Shown: positions 8,547 through 19,606, numbered from the stretch's first letter. The stretch: 64,000 nt of DNA from an uncultured Gemmatimonadales bacterium (GCA_963842945.1 CAWJIM010000002.1:224001-288000); one strand, 5' to 3'. Translations and numbers: made by a program. The notes: generated by a model not told the origin, from the letters alone.

Positions 8547-11021
8547 TTATGTACCGGTGAGTGTCGAGCGGGGACTGGGGGCTGGTGCCGCCAACTCCCG
8601 CTGTACCGCGCGCACCAGGGCCTCGGGCGTGACCGGCTTCTGCAGAAATGCCGAGCCTGGCGGGAGGAGGCCTCGCCGCTCGATATCGCCGTCGGTGTAG
8701 CCGGAGGTAAACAGCACCGGAAGGCGGGGACGCAGCAGAGCGACTTCTTCGGCGAGCTCCCGCCCCGACTTTCCCGGCATGATGACATCGGTCAACAGCA
8801 GGTCGATGCTCCGGTTGTTCTCTCGCACCAGCTTCAATGCTTCCGTCGCACCTCCCGCCTCCAACACTCGATAGCCAGCATCCTCCAGCGACCTTCGCAT
8901 GACCCCCCGGAGGATGTCCTCGTCCTCAACTATCAAGACGCACTCGGCGCTTCGGGCCCTTGGCGGCAGCTCCGGCTTCTCCGAGCTCACGATGCCTCCG
9001 GTCCGAACCGGGAGATAGATCTTGAAGGTGGTGCCCTGCCCGGGCTCGCTGTAAACCCAGATGTAACCGGCCGACTGCTTCACAATGCCATAGACGGTCG
9101 AGAGCCCGAGGCCGGTGCCCTGTCCCACGCCTTTGGTGGTGAAGAACGGTTCGAAGACGTGGTTCAGCGTATCCTGATCCATCCCGTGACCGGTGTCGCT
9201 CACTGCGAGCATTACGTAATGTCCCGGTTCGATCGATACGGCCCCCTTGCTTCGGGCATACGCCGCCGTCAGCTCAGCGGAGGAGGTCTCCAGCGTTATT
9301 CGTCCGCCCCGAGGCATGGCATCACGCGCGTTCAAGGCCAGGTTGAGGAGCACCTGTTCCAGCTGACCGGGATCTGCCTTCACCATGCCGATCGCCGGGG
9401 AGAGCGCGAGCACCACGCCGCAGTCGGCGCCCATAATCCGCCGCAGCACCGGCTCCCAGCCCCCGATCACCGCATTCAGGTTTATCACCTCCAGCTTGAG
9501 GATCTGCCGCCGGCTGAACGCGAGCAGTTGCGCCGTCACCGCCGCCGTGCGCTCTGCGGCCCGCTGGATAAACTCGACGTCGGTTCTGACCGCCTCGGGC
9601 ACATCCGGGCGCCGCAGGATGAAATCGGAGGCGCCGAGCACCACACTCATCTGGTTATTGGCCTCGTGAGCGACCCCACCGGCAAGCCGTCCCACCGACT
9701 CCATGCGGTGGGCCTGCCGCAGACGCTCCTCCGCGACCCGGCGGTCGGTTACATCGGTGCACACGCCGGTCAGATAGGTTGGCCTGCCCCGCTCATCCCG
9801 CCGGATTTCACCCAGATCGGCGATCCACCGGATCCGACCATCAGGAAGGAGGATGCGGAACTCGTAGTCCAGATCCCCACTCTCCTCGAGAACCTTCCGA
9901 ACCGTCTCGGCCACGTAGGCCCGGTCCTCGGGATGAACCCGGGAGATGAAATCGTCGTATCCGGAGATCAAAGCACCGGGCTCCAATCCGTAGAGCCGGC
10001 GAAGATTGTCATCCCAGGTGAGGGTATTGGTCTCCACCGACCACACCCAAACGCCCATGCGTGCGGCATCCAAGGCCTGCCGGAGACGTTCCTCACTTTC
10101 CCTCAAGGCATTGGTTGCCCGGTCGCGCTCGAAAGACACCGCGGCTGCGAGCACCAGCCCGGTCACGGAGACTGCACCGAGATAGCAGGTCACCTCGAAC
10201 AGCGTCCGGCTCGCCGTGGTGCTCACGAAGGGCCCCGCCCCCGCCACGACGTGCCCCACTGCCACGACGGCAACGGTGAAGGTCATCAGCGACGCCCCAC
10301 GCGCGCCAAAGCGTAGTGCGGCCCAGATGACGAAGGGGAACAGGAGATAGGGATAGTTCACCTCCCCGACGACAGGAGTGTGAAGCAGTCCACCGAGCCC
10401 GATCTCCCCCGCGATCACGGTGCCGGCGCAGAGCAGCAGCACCTCCGCAAGACGCCGGGTGTTGGTGCGACCGTCGCGAGGCGTGGCCCAGGAGAGCAGC
10501 AGCGGGGCGACCACCAGTGCGCCCAGCATGTCACCGGCCCACCAGACCGCGATCGCACCAGGGAGCGCGGACAGCTGAATCACGCCAGTGAGCCAGAGGC
10601 TACTGCTTCCGATGAGCGCACTGGTGAGGGTACCTAGGAGCGCAGCCAGCAGCAGGCCGCGGACGTGCCGGAGATTCTCGAACTGAGGGTGGGATCCAGC
10701 GAGCCGCAGCAGCAAGGCGGCCGCGGCCAATGCCTCGAGCGTATTGCCAACGGCGATCAGGGCGGCAGCGGTGAGTGGTACGGGCGTGGCAGCGTTGGCA
10801 AGAAAGGCCCCCAGGGCAATGCTGGGCCAGTATCGGCTTCCCAACAGCGTCAGGGCTGCGATGGCAATCCCGGTGGGAGGCCACACCAGCGAGATGCTCT
10901 GCCCGATCGAGGCGTAACGGAGACCGAGGAGGGCTGCCCCATAGCAGGCCGCCGCGAGCGCAATGGCGCGACCCGCGTAGGTCAGGGGCTGAGGAAGTTC
11001 GGTGCCCACTCTGAGGCGCAT
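8547..11021 (-). CDS. Hybrid sensor kinase: MASE1-PAS-HisKA-HATPase-REC
   Basis: WPPTG MASE1 TM region, PAS (VHPEDR), AGGVAHEANN, FEPFFTTK..GTGLGL, receiver LLTDVIMP. Confidence 0.93.
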   Translation of the reverse strand: MRLRVGTELPQPLTYAGRAIALAAACYGAALLGLRYASIGQSISLVWPPTGIAIAALTLLGSRYWPSIALGAFLANAATPVPLTAAALIAVGNTLEALAAAALLLRLAGSHPQFENLRHVRGLLLAALLGTLTSALIGSSSLWLTGVIQLSALPGAIAVWWAGDMLGALVVAPLLLSWATPRDGRTNTRRLAEVLLLCAGTVIAGEIGLGGLLHTPVVGEVNYPYLLFPFVIWAALRFGARGASLMTFTVAVVAVGHVVAGAGPFVSTTASRTLFEVTCYLGAVSVTGLVLAAAVSFERDRATNALRESEERLRQALDAARMGVWVWSVETNTLTWDDNLRRLYGLEPGALISGYDDFISRVHPEDRAYVAETVRKVLEESGDLDYEFRILLPDGRIRWIADLGEIRRDERGRPTYLTGVCTDVTDRRVAEERLRQAHRMESVGRLAGGVAHEANNQMSVVLGASDFILRRPDVPEAVRTDVEFIQRAAERTAAVTAQLLAFSRRQILKLEVINLNAVIGGWEPVLRRIMGADCGVVLALSPAIGMVKADPGQLEQVLLNLALNARDAMPRGGRITLETSSAELTAAYARSKGAVSIEPGHYVMLAVSDTGHGMDQDTLNHVFEPFFTTKGVGQGTGLGLSTVYGIVKQSAGYIWVYSEPGQGTTFKIYLPVRTGGIVSSEKPELPPRARSAECVLIVEDEDILRGVMRRSLEDAGYRVLEAGGATEALKLVRENNRSIDLLLTDVIMPGKSGRELAEEVALLRPRLPVLFTSGYTDGDIERRGLLPPGSAFLQKPVTPEALVRAVQRELAAPAPSPRSTLTGT

Positions 11022-11152
11022 GAGCCAGTCTATGGTGAACGGATCTCTGGTAAGATATCGCACCCTGCCCTTTGGTCTAATGGCCTCCTGCACGATCCAA
11101 CGCCACACTGTTTCATATCCCGATCGTCAGTCCGAAGAAGAAGGGGGGCCGA

Positions 11153-12115
11153 ATGTCGGTGGCTCTCGAGCTCGGCATGTACCTGGTGCTCGCTGCCGCG
11201 GGCCAGGACCGGTCCGTCCCCTATCAGCCGGCGTCGTTACCGGCCGGGGTCCCCGGATACTTCTCCCGGAATGGTCTTCCGCCGGTGCCGGGAGTCTTAA
11301 CTCTGACCGCGAGTGGATTGACCTTCCGCTCGCCTGGCGGAACCGTCCTGCTGAGCTACCAAACCATCCACGCCAACGAACGGATGAGCCAGCGTTCCGC
11401 GTCGCGCGCGAGGCTGGCTTACACCGGAAAGCTCGGGAGCAGGGTCTCCTACGTTTTCCGGATCAAGGACGGCGTCTTCGAGACGGCAGAGCCCGGCGGC
11501 CTGCCCAGCATCCTGACCCAGCTGTTCTTCGAGCGGGTACCCAGCAATCCGGTGCATGGTATCGCCGATGCCGCCGCCGCAGCCGGTGTTATCCGTAAGC
11601 TGTCCCAGAGCGCCTATGCCGACACGCTCTATGCCCTGTTTGGGAAGCCCGCTAGGCCGGTGGGCTCCGTTGGATCCCGAGGAATCCGGATGGGCGATCT
11701 GGCCGAGTACGTGAGCCCCCGTGATTCGGTAGCGCTGGATCCGGTCCACATAACCAGCCAGGACCAGCTGCGGCACGCCTTTGCTCACGAGCTGGGACAT
11801 CGGTGGGAACAGCGTGAGATGGGGCGGGTGGATTCGATACTGGCCAACGTGCTCGCGATGGGCGATCCGGAGCGGTATGGCTACGGCAGCAGGGCCGAGC
11901 ACCGGGCCGAGGCCATCGCATTCGCGGTGCACTTCCTCCAGAGCACGATGGCCGACCCCTCGTCAGACGGGCTCGACCTGCTGGAGCACTACGAGCTCCT
12001 GGTTCCCGGCACCCGCGCCATGGTCGGCTACCTGATCCTGCTGCCAACGTACCGCCGCCATCCGTTCCGGGCGACGCTCGCCGAGCAGCAGGCTTCCTTG
12101 CCTTTGGTGCAATAG
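11153..12115 (+). CDS. Secreted hypothetical protein with zincin HExxH motif
   Basis: Signal-like N-terminus; HAFAHELGHRW and downstream EHRAEA. Confidence 0.65.
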   Translation: MSVALELGMYLVLAAAGQDRSVPYQPASLPAGVPGYFSRNGLPPVPGVLTLTASGLTFRSPGGTVLLSYQTIHANERMSQRSASRARLAYTGKLGSRVSYVFRIKDGVFETAEPGGLPSILTQLFFERVPSNPVHGIADAAAAAGVIRKLSQSAYADTLYALFGKPARPVGSVGSRGIRMGDLAEYVSPRDSVALDPVHITSQDQLRHAFAHELGHRWEQREMGRVDSILANVLAMGDPERYGYGSRAEHRAEAIAFAVHFLQSTMADPSSDGLDLLEHYELLVPGTRAMVGYLILLPTYRRHPFRATLAEQQASLPLVQ

Positions 12116-12189
12116 ATCGTTCCCGCCTGCTGTCCTATGTTCGCCCGGAATTGTCGTCTTTTCCAGAGAATCTTGCCAGGAGTGGTCGC

Positions 12190-13654
12190 ATGCCACGGTC
12201 CAGCGCGGTGTTGGGATTCTTCCTGTTCGCCGGTACGACGTTACTGAGCGCGCAGAGCCCGGGAAGCTTCGAGATCACCGGGTTCGGCCGCTACAGCTTC
12301 TTTGACGACACCCTCGGTCTCGACGACCAGGTCGGGGGCCGGCGGCTCACTCGGGTTTTTCTTCCTTCCAAACCTCGACATCGAGGCCGAGGCCGCGACG
12401 ACCAGCGCTGACGGGCCGGCGGGAAGCTCGATAACGAACACTCCGGTTCGCGGCCGGCTGACCTACCATATACCTCTGGGTGGCAATGCCAGTTCCATCC
12501 GGATCGGGGCCGGTTACGTCCGGGACATGTACGGGGAACCCACCGACACCGACGAGGACGGTATTACTGGCGTCCTCGGACTGCGCTTGGGCCTGAGCGA
12601 GAAGTTCGGCGTCAAGGTCGATGGTACCATCGACTACGTCCGAGCCCCTCGGCAGGGACCATCGACAACTACATGAATCTCGGCGTGCAGGCCGGTCTCA
12701 GCCTCCTGCTGGGCAACTCCTCTGATAAGGACAAGGATCAAGTAAAGAACAAGGCGGATAACTGTCCGGGGACCCCCAGGGAGAATCGGTCGACGGCAGC
12801 GGCTGCGGGGCGAGCCAGCGGGGACAGCGATGGCGACAAGGTGAAGGACGCGGGGGACCGCTGTCCCAATACCCCCTCCGGCCAGGCTGCGGATAGCCAG
12901 GGTTGCTCGCCGGACCAGAGGGACGCCGATCAGGATCGCGTCAGCGACAATAAGGACCGCTGCAAGAGCACGCCCGCCGGCGAGAAGGCAGATCCGGAAG
13001 GCTGCTCGGAGAGCCAGAAGGACGACGACAAGGACGCGGTGATGAACGTCGCCGACCGGTGCCCCAGCACGGCGGAGGGAGAGAAGGTGGATGAGCACGG
13101 TTGCGGGCCGGGCCAGCTCGATGCCGATTCCGACGGCGTTGCCGATGCCCAGGACCAGTGCCCCAACACCGTGATTGGCGAGCTGGTAACCCCGGGGCTG
13201 CGGCCGTGATGCCGACGGCGACAAGGTCCCGGATGTGGCGGACCGCTGCCCTGACACCCCCACCCGCGCGTCGGTAGACGAGAATGGCTGCCCGTCTATG
13301 TTCCAGCAGGGTGCGAAGACGATCACTCTGCAGGGGGTAACCTTTGAACCGGCTCGGCCAAGCTCAACAGCTGAATCGGAGGCGGCGCTGCAGGACGTGG
13401 CCAAACAGCTGCAGGCCAGCCCGGAGGTGCGGGTGCAAGTCGCAGGCTTCACCGACAATACCGGCTCGAGATCGGGGAACATCAAGATCTCGCAGAAGCG
13501 GGCCGTGGCGGTGGAGAAATTCCTGGAGCAGAACGGAGTATCGCCGGCACAGCTGAGCGCGAAAGGCTACGGACCGGACAAACCAGTTGCCTCGAACAAG
13601 ACGGCTCAGGGGCGGGCCAAGAACCGGCGGGTGGAGCTGATAAGGATGGAGTGA
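12190..13654 (+). CDS. OmpA family protein with thrombospondin type 3 repeats (several frameshifts)
   Basis: N-terminal beta-barrel, repeated DxDxDxVxDxxDxCPxTP..GC, OmpA C-terminus GFTDNTG..N..ISQKRA..GRAKNRRVE. Confidence 0.9.
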
Positions 13655-13781
13655 AGGGGCTGGAAGAGGGGGGAGCGGGGAGCGGAGGGGAAGCAGAGGG
13701 GGAAGCGGGGACGTGGCGGTGCTGCGTCCCCGCTTTTCTCTTTTTGCTCTCTTCCCCCTTCCCCGCTTTTCTTCCCCGCCT
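13655..13781. terminator. Long purine-rich/pyrimidine-rich degenerate inverted repeat between convergent genes
   Basis: Core aagcggggacgt-loop-gcgtccccgctt flanked by G/A-rich and C/T-rich arms. Confidence 0.6.
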
Positions 13782-13782
13782 C

Positions 13783-14361
13783 CTACGCGAAGCGCTCCGC
13801 TACACGCTTGTTCAGTCCGCGGAGCCGCAACCCCAGCGCGATCAGCAGAAGGCCAAAGAAGAAGGCGTAGACACCGAGGGTATAAACGACCACCGCTGCA
13901 CCCCACTGCGGGTTCACCAATCGTCACCACTCCGAAGATCACCGAGAGAACGCCCGACAGCGCAAGCAGCCACTCGCCGGAGATCTCCCGGCGCAGCCGG
14001 AACGCGAGCACCACCTGAAGGACGCCAACGCCGATGGCCCAGGCAGCGATCCAGACCAGGATCGCCAGCGCCGTGACGCCGGGGCGGGCCAGGGTGAAGG
14101 CTCCAGCGGCAATGCCCAGGAGCCCAATGATAATCAGGGGCCAGACCGGCCGGCCCTCATCCCGAACTTGAAAGGCGGTGATTAAAGTGATGATTCCGTC
14201 GATCAGGGCGTAGATGCCCCAGAGAGTCGCCAGAGCCAGGAGAGTGACGCCCGGCCGGGCAAAGGCCACAATGGCCAATCCGATCGCCAAAACTCCCCGC
14301 AGGACGAGGAGTTTTCCAGTTGGCGCTTCATATTTTCGAGAAAACGTCCATTCGTCAGCAT
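13783..14361 (-). CDS. HdeD/DUF308 family membrane protein (frameshifted)
   Basis: LRGVLAIGLAIVAF.RPG.TL..L..LWGIYALIDG, WIAAWAIGVG, EWLLALSGVLSVIFG. Confidence 0.85.
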
Positions 14362-14392
14362 GGGACCCTCTTTTTTTTGGATCCGGCTCGAT

Positions 14393-14900
14393 TTATTGAG
14401 CTGTGGTATCTCCCGGCACCGGCAGGGCGGCCTGAAGATTGGCGCTGACCACGGTGTTCAATGCGTTCTCGATCTGGTAGAAGCGGACCACCTTGACCCC
14501 GGGCACCGCTTTGCGGAACTTCCCGGCGTACTTCTTCTGCAGATCGATCTGCTTCTCCCGCAGGCTGAACCAGTCATTGAGCAGCTTCTTCGACTGTTCG
14601 TCGGACATGGTGGCGGCCTGAGTGGCGAACCGGTCCAGCCACTCGACTCTCTGGTCGCCCTGTTTCGGCAATTTCGTTGCGGAACTCCCGGTAGATCGGC
14701 CTTGACTCTCTCCCGCTCTCGGCCGGAGTCAGCTCCATCAGCTGCTGCACGATCTCCTGCCGCCGGGTCTGGATATTGGCCCGGGTGAGCTCGAGTTGGT
14801 CGCCGCTGGAGGGCTGGCCGGCCTGAGCGTGGGCTGGAGGGGCAATGAGCAAGCCGCTCAGCGCCAGCGCGCCGAGCCAGGCTGGGTGAGCCATCCTCAT
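14393..14900 (-). CDS. Secreted helical protein, Spy/CpxP-like hypothetical (paralog of 29071; frameshifted)
   Basis: Signal peptide AHA-Q; LMELTPAES..PIYREF..KKYAGKFRK..KVVRFYQIEN. Confidence 0.75.
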
Positions 14901-14993
14901 GACAGAACCTCCATTGCTATACAGGTGGATGCCCGTCCCTGGCCTGACGGCGGGCATAGTTAGCTGCCGTCAGTCGCTGCCGGTCAGGTCGAG

Positions 14994-15250
14994 TCAGGCC
15001 GGACGGAATCCGCCGGGGCGGAGGATGTCAGACGGATAGGCACCCGTGCTCGCCGCGGTGGTATCTCCGTAGGCTCCCGGGGTGGCAGCCGTGGTGTCCT
15101 TAGGCGGGGCCGGGTTAGCACTATTGGTGTCGGCTGGCGCCTGACCGGCGGCCTGCTCCGGCGTGGGTTCTCCGGCTCCGACTTTTTGCAGCCACCGACC
15201 AGGATCACCGCCGCGACTATCCCGGCGCCCATCCGTTTTCCCCTCCACAT
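14994..15250 (-). CDS. Small low-complexity lipoprotein (frameshifted)
   Basis: RBS GGAGG, lipobox LVGGC, P/A/T-rich body. Confidence 0.55.
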
Positions 15251-15324
15251 AATGCCTCCGCTCATGAGTCGTGAAGAAACCTCTTTCCCAGCATCACTAT
15301 GGGCAGACCGAGGGTCCACCGAAA

Positions 15325-15340
15325 CTGCACTTTGTACCAG
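15325..15340 (-). promoter_or_regulatory. CTG-N10-CAG box 1
   Basis: Minus strand CTGGTACAAAGTGCAG-TTTCGG-N17-CATAGT. Confidence 0.65.
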
Positions 15341-15369
15341 TCCCAGAGCTCGCGATAAGGCGCAGATGC

Positions 15370-15385
15370 CTGTCAGAAATGCCAG
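15370..15385 (+). promoter_or_regulatory. CTG-N10-CAG box 2 (DyP operon)
   Basis: CTGTCAGAAATGCCAG-TTTCCT-N16-TAGCCT. Confidence 0.8.
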
Positions 15386-15482
15386 TTTCCTGGGTGGCAC
15401 CCACTCCTAGCCTCAAGCAGCCGCCCGCACTCGCCACTCTGGCCCCGAGAAATCCTGCCAACGTCACGCACGAGAGGTCCCC

Positions 15483-16076
15483 ATGACGAACACCATGACC
15501 GAGCCAACAACCGACACGACCGAGATCGTCGAAGACTGGACCAAGCCCGCAGCGATGGCGATTCCGAAGGAAGGATTCTTCGAGCTGGAGCAGGGCAGGT
15601 ACGGCCCGATCTATCCGAAGACCCCCGCCTGTTACGGGTTTACCATCATCGCGAAGATCAAGCCAGGACGGAGCAGACCATCCGCGAATACGGCAGCAAG
15701 ATCGAGAAGACCATGCAGGGTCTGCCGGATGGACTCGAGGTGCTCCAGCTGCATTACCTCCGCTGGGTCCTCTTCGACATCGGCAAGGACACCTACTTCA
15801 TGTATCAGGGCATCTTCGACACCGATTTCGACAAGTACACCGAGGACGCGGTGCGCTCTGTTCACCAAGTACGGCATCAACACGGTCTTCGAGAACCTGG
15901 AGGGCTTCCCGACGGACTGGAAGACCAACACGCCGGCGTTCATCCAGTTCGTGCGGGAGCACCAGCGGCCCAGCTTCCTCGAGTACGGCGAGTATCCCTA
16001 CGTGAGCGCGGAGGAGATCAAGAAGGCGCTGCAGCTGAAGGCGGCGTTCTCCGACATGCTGGAGCAGATGCAGTGA
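15483..16076 (+). CDS. Conserved hypothetical DyP-associated protein (two compensating frameshifts)
   Basis: Reassembled ...GFTIIAKIKPG...LHYLRWVLFD...YQGIFDTDFDKYTEDA.ALF...FENLEGFP...FVREHQ; possible alpha/beta ferredoxin-like fold (inference). Confidence 0.75.
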   Translation: MTNTMTEPTTDTTEIVEDWTKPAAMAIPKEGFFELEQGRYGPIYPKTPACYGFTIIAKIKPGRSRPSANTAARSRRPCRVCRMDSRCSSCITSAGSSSTSARTPTSCIRASSTPISTSTPRTRCALFTKYGINTVFENLEGFPTDWKTNTPAFIQFVREHQRPSFLEYGEYPYVSAEEIKKALQLKAAFSDMLEQMQ

Positions 16077-16094
16077 TCGCGCAGCGGGGCAACG

Positions 16095-17417
16095 ATGCTC
16101 GAGCTCGATGATATCCAGCACATCCTGGTCACCCGAACCCCGGCGCTGACCGGGCGGTACGAATTTCTCAGCTTCCGGGACACCGCCGGCGCCCAGGCGT
16201 GGCTGGCCGGGATCCTGGAGAAGATCCGCTCGGCCTCCAGCGTACGGAGCACGGTCGAGAGCGACAACCGCTGGGTGAACGTCGCCTTCACCTGGGAAGG
16301 ACTGCGGGCCCTCGGCGTGGACGAAGCGTCGCTGGCCACGTTCCCCGAGGAATTCAAGCAGGGCATGGTGGCTCGGGCCGAAATGCTGGGCGACACCGGC
16401 GTCAATCACCCCAACTGCTGGGTGGGAGACCTGGCCAGCCCGACCTTCACGCCATCGTGATCCTGTTCGCCCGCACGGCCGCGGAGCACACCCGGTGTGT
16501 GGCGGCTCATGAGGAGCTCCTCGCTGAATCCCCGGCGTGGAGCGGCTCTCCTTCCTGGACCTCGAGGCCACCCCGCCCTTCGATTACGCCCACGATCACT
16601 TCGGCTACCGCGACCGTCTTTCCCAGCCGGTGATGAAGGGAACCGGAGAGGAGCCAACTCCCGGCTCCGGAGCGGCGCTCGAGCCAGGCGAGTTCATCCT
16701 GGGCTACCCCGATGAAAACGGTCCCCCAGCCCAGCAGCCGCAACCCGAGGTGCTGTCCCGGAACGGCAGCTACATGGCCTACCGCCGGCTGGAGGAACAC
16801 GTGGGCAGGTTTCGGGAGTTCCTGCGGGAGCACGGGAAGACGGCCGAGGAGCAGGAGTTCATCGCCGCGAAGCTCATGGGCCGGTGGCGCAGCGGTGCGC
16901 CGCTGGTCCTGGCGCCCGAGAAGGACGATCCGGTGCTCGGCGCCGATATGCAGCGGAACAACGATTTCAACTACAAGAAGATGGACCCGCTGGGCTATGC
17001 CGTTCCACTCGGCTCCCATTGCCGCCGGATGAATCCCCGGGACACGGCCGCCAACATGAACCGGAGGCGGATGATCCGGCGGGGTGCGACCTATGGCCCG
17101 CCTCTGCCGGAAGGCGCGCCTGACGACGGTGTGGAACGGGGAATCGCCGCGTTCGTGATCTGCGCCAGTCTCATCCGACAGTTCGAGTTCGCCCAGAACG
17201 TGTGGATCAACGACAAGAACTTTCACGAGCTCGGGAATGAGCGCGATCCGATCATTGGGACGCAGGATGGAACATTGGAGTACAAGATTCCGAAGCGTCC
17301 GATCCGGAAGCGCATCACCGGTCTCCCTGCATTCACCACCGTTCGGGGGGGGCCTACTTCTTTCTCCCGGGCCTCAAGGCGCTCAGGTATCTGGCGGGCT
17401 TGAGCGATGCGCGCTGA
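16095..17417 (+). CDS. Dyp-type heme peroxidase (frameshifted)
   Basis: HFGYRDRLSQP, GEFILGY, NGSYMAYRRL, AAKLMGRW.SGAPL, proximal SHCRRMNPR, distal RMIRRG, RQFEF, GGAYFFLPG. Confidence 0.9.
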
Positions 17418-17420
17418 GCC

Positions 17421-18328
17421 ATGCGCGCCATCCCCGTCGCGGTGGCCGGTACCTTCATCGCGTTCGGGTGGGCGCAGGCGCAGAACCGGGGCGTCTACCC
17501 GCTGGGCATGAGCGCCATAGGCTCGGGAGTGATGCCGGCCGCCGGGTTCACCTACTCGAACTCGTTCCTGTTCTACTCTCGCGACCGGAGCGTGGATGCC
17601 GACGGCGGAGTGCTGGCGACCGGCAGCAACTCGGTGCTGATGGACATGAATGGCTTCGTGTGGGCCAGCGGGAAGCAGGTTCTCGGGGGTGCGAGGCTGG
17701 CGGCCTCGGCCACTTTGCCGATCGCCAACAACTCGCTGGCTTCGGATGTCAACGGGGCGATCAGCGGCGGCGGCGGATTCGCCGACTCCTACTATCAGCC
17801 GGTGATTCTGGGCTGGGCGACTGAGCGGGCGGAGATCAAGGCGATCTACGGATTTCTGGCTCCCACCGGGCGATTCGAGGCCGGGGAGGCCGATAACGTC
17901 GGATCGGGCTACTGGACCCACGTCGTCGCTTCGGGTCAGACCTTCTATCTGACAGCGGACAAGAGAACGGTCATCTCTGCCTTCCAGATGTACGAGTTTC
18001 ACGGCACTCAGGAGAGCACCGGCATTCGGCCGGGGCAGACCCTGGATCTCGACTATTCGGCCACCCGGTCGTTCCCCCTGCGGGAAGACCTGCAGCTGCA
18101 GCTGGGACTGATCGGGTATGAACAGTGGCAGACCACGGACAAGGCCGGGCCGGCGGTGACCCGGAGCAGGCCGCGGCTCACTACAGCGTCAACGCGCTGG
18201 GCTTCACCGCCAACCTGGGTTTCCCCGCCCGGGAGGTCGGCCTCGGATTCAAGTATTTCAAGGAGTTTTCCAACCGATCGACGTTCCAGGGCCACTCGCT
18301 GCAGATCGCCGCCTCGGTCCACTTCGAC
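17421..18328 (+). CDS. Outer-membrane channel, MetA-pathway/SphA (COG4313-like) family; end approximate
   Basis: Signal peptide, GGFADSYYQPVILGW, APTGRF..NVGSGYWT, C-terminal SVHF. Confidence 0.8.
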
Positions 18329-18362
18329 CGTCGGCCTCAGGCAGACGAGAACGGAGCACAAA

Positions 18363-19383
18363 ATGGATACAGGCAAAGCGGCGAGGACCTACAACCAGGA
18401 TCATGTGCCTCGCAAGTACAAGTCCGGCAAGCGCCGGGTGAGCATCTACTGGACCTGGAGCTATCCGTGGGAAGCGAACCGCGACCCGGCCATGATGGAC
18501 AACCGCTTCTCGACCTTCACCGAGGTTCGCCGGGTGGCCTGGCCCGACGTATGAGACCCGGGAATGGGACGAGCAGGCTTTCCTGCAGGGCATCGCCGGC
18601 ACGCTGGAGCTGTTTCACCGCTCCACCCTGAGCTTTCAGCAGCTCGTAGGCGAAGCCACCGACCATCCCGTCGCCGTGTTCCAGCGGATCGACCAGGCCG
18701 GCTACCGGCAGCCGATCGACGAGCGGATCCTGGCGGACACGCGACACGCTGATGGTCTTCGGGCTGGACCACCTGCTGGCGGAGCAGGAGGCTGCGCCGG
18801 AGGAGATCGCGGCTCTCCGCGAGTGGCTCAAGCGGGAGGGAACCTGTCTCCTGATCGGTCCCCACCACGACGTTGGCTTCGCGGCCGACCTGAAGCAGCG
18901 GCAGATGGAGTACAAGCATCACGGCGACCCGCTGGTCCCCCGGCAGCAGCGGTTCGGCCAGTACACCCGGTCCCTGATGAAGGGGCTGAACGTTCCGGTG
19001 ATGAACCAGTACGGACTGCGTCCCGCCGTGGTGAAAGGCACCAACCAGATCGTGCCGCTGCACACCAATCGGGACCTGGACAAGCCCGGGCCTGCTGCAG
19101 CGATGTCACCACCTTCAACTTTCATCCCCACCTGCCCCATTACGCCCTGACCAACGGCGACACCACGTCGGTGCGGGTCCTGTCCCGCCAGCCGATCGAC
19201 CTGGACCGGCCGCACCCATTTACCGCCGCGGGCAACACCGAGTTCAACTGCTTCATCTGGATGCCGCCCGAGGCCGACCGCGGCGGAGACATCCTGATGG
19301 CCGACTCGACGATCTTCACTACGCTATTCGGCGGCACGGAGAGCCTGGAGAACTTCTGGCGGAACCTCGCCCTGATGAGATGA
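18363..19383 (+). CDS. Conserved hypothetical His-rich cytoplasmic protein (frameshifted)
   Basis: Continuous reassembly ARTYNQ.H.PR..SIYWTWSYPWE..LMVFGLDH..IGPHHDVG..HHGD..FNFHPHLPHY..FWRNL. Confidence 0.75.
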
Positions 19384-19408
19384 ACTGAGCCAGCCACAAA
19401 GCTCCAAC

Positions 19409-19424
19409 CTGTCAGAACTGCCAG
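19409..19424 (+). promoter_or_regulatory. CTG-N10-CAG box 3 (sulfatase operon)
   Basis: CTGTCAGAACTGCCAG-TATCTG-N17-TAGCCT. Confidence 0.8.
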
Positions 19425-19606
19425 TATCTGACCGCCTCCGTCACTCCTAGCCTAGAAGGCGATTGTATTCGCCCGCCACCCTGCTCGAGGGCCTTGCCCG
19501 CGGGACGCTTCCGGCCGCACCCGAAGGCGTACCGGTCAGGGCGGGTACTGGGCGGCACCCACCAGCGTCAGGGAGATCAGCAGGAATCCACTCCGGAGAG
19601 AGGACA

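Noticed and set aside
9159..10316. Long antisense/alternate-frame ORFs (e.g. 9159-10316, 35418-36707, 50247-51434, 53792-54922, 57628-58665)
   Set aside because: Shadow ORFs of well-supported genes in high-GC DNA, with no recognisable motifs.
12720..13300. DNA-level repeat array in the OmpA gene
   Set aside because: Explained by coding thrombospondin type 3 repeats.
14960..14985. Possible eleventh regulon box upstream of 14900
   Set aside because: CCGTCAGTCGCTGCCGG departs from CTG-N10-CAG in sequence and spacing, and lacks the TTTC tail.
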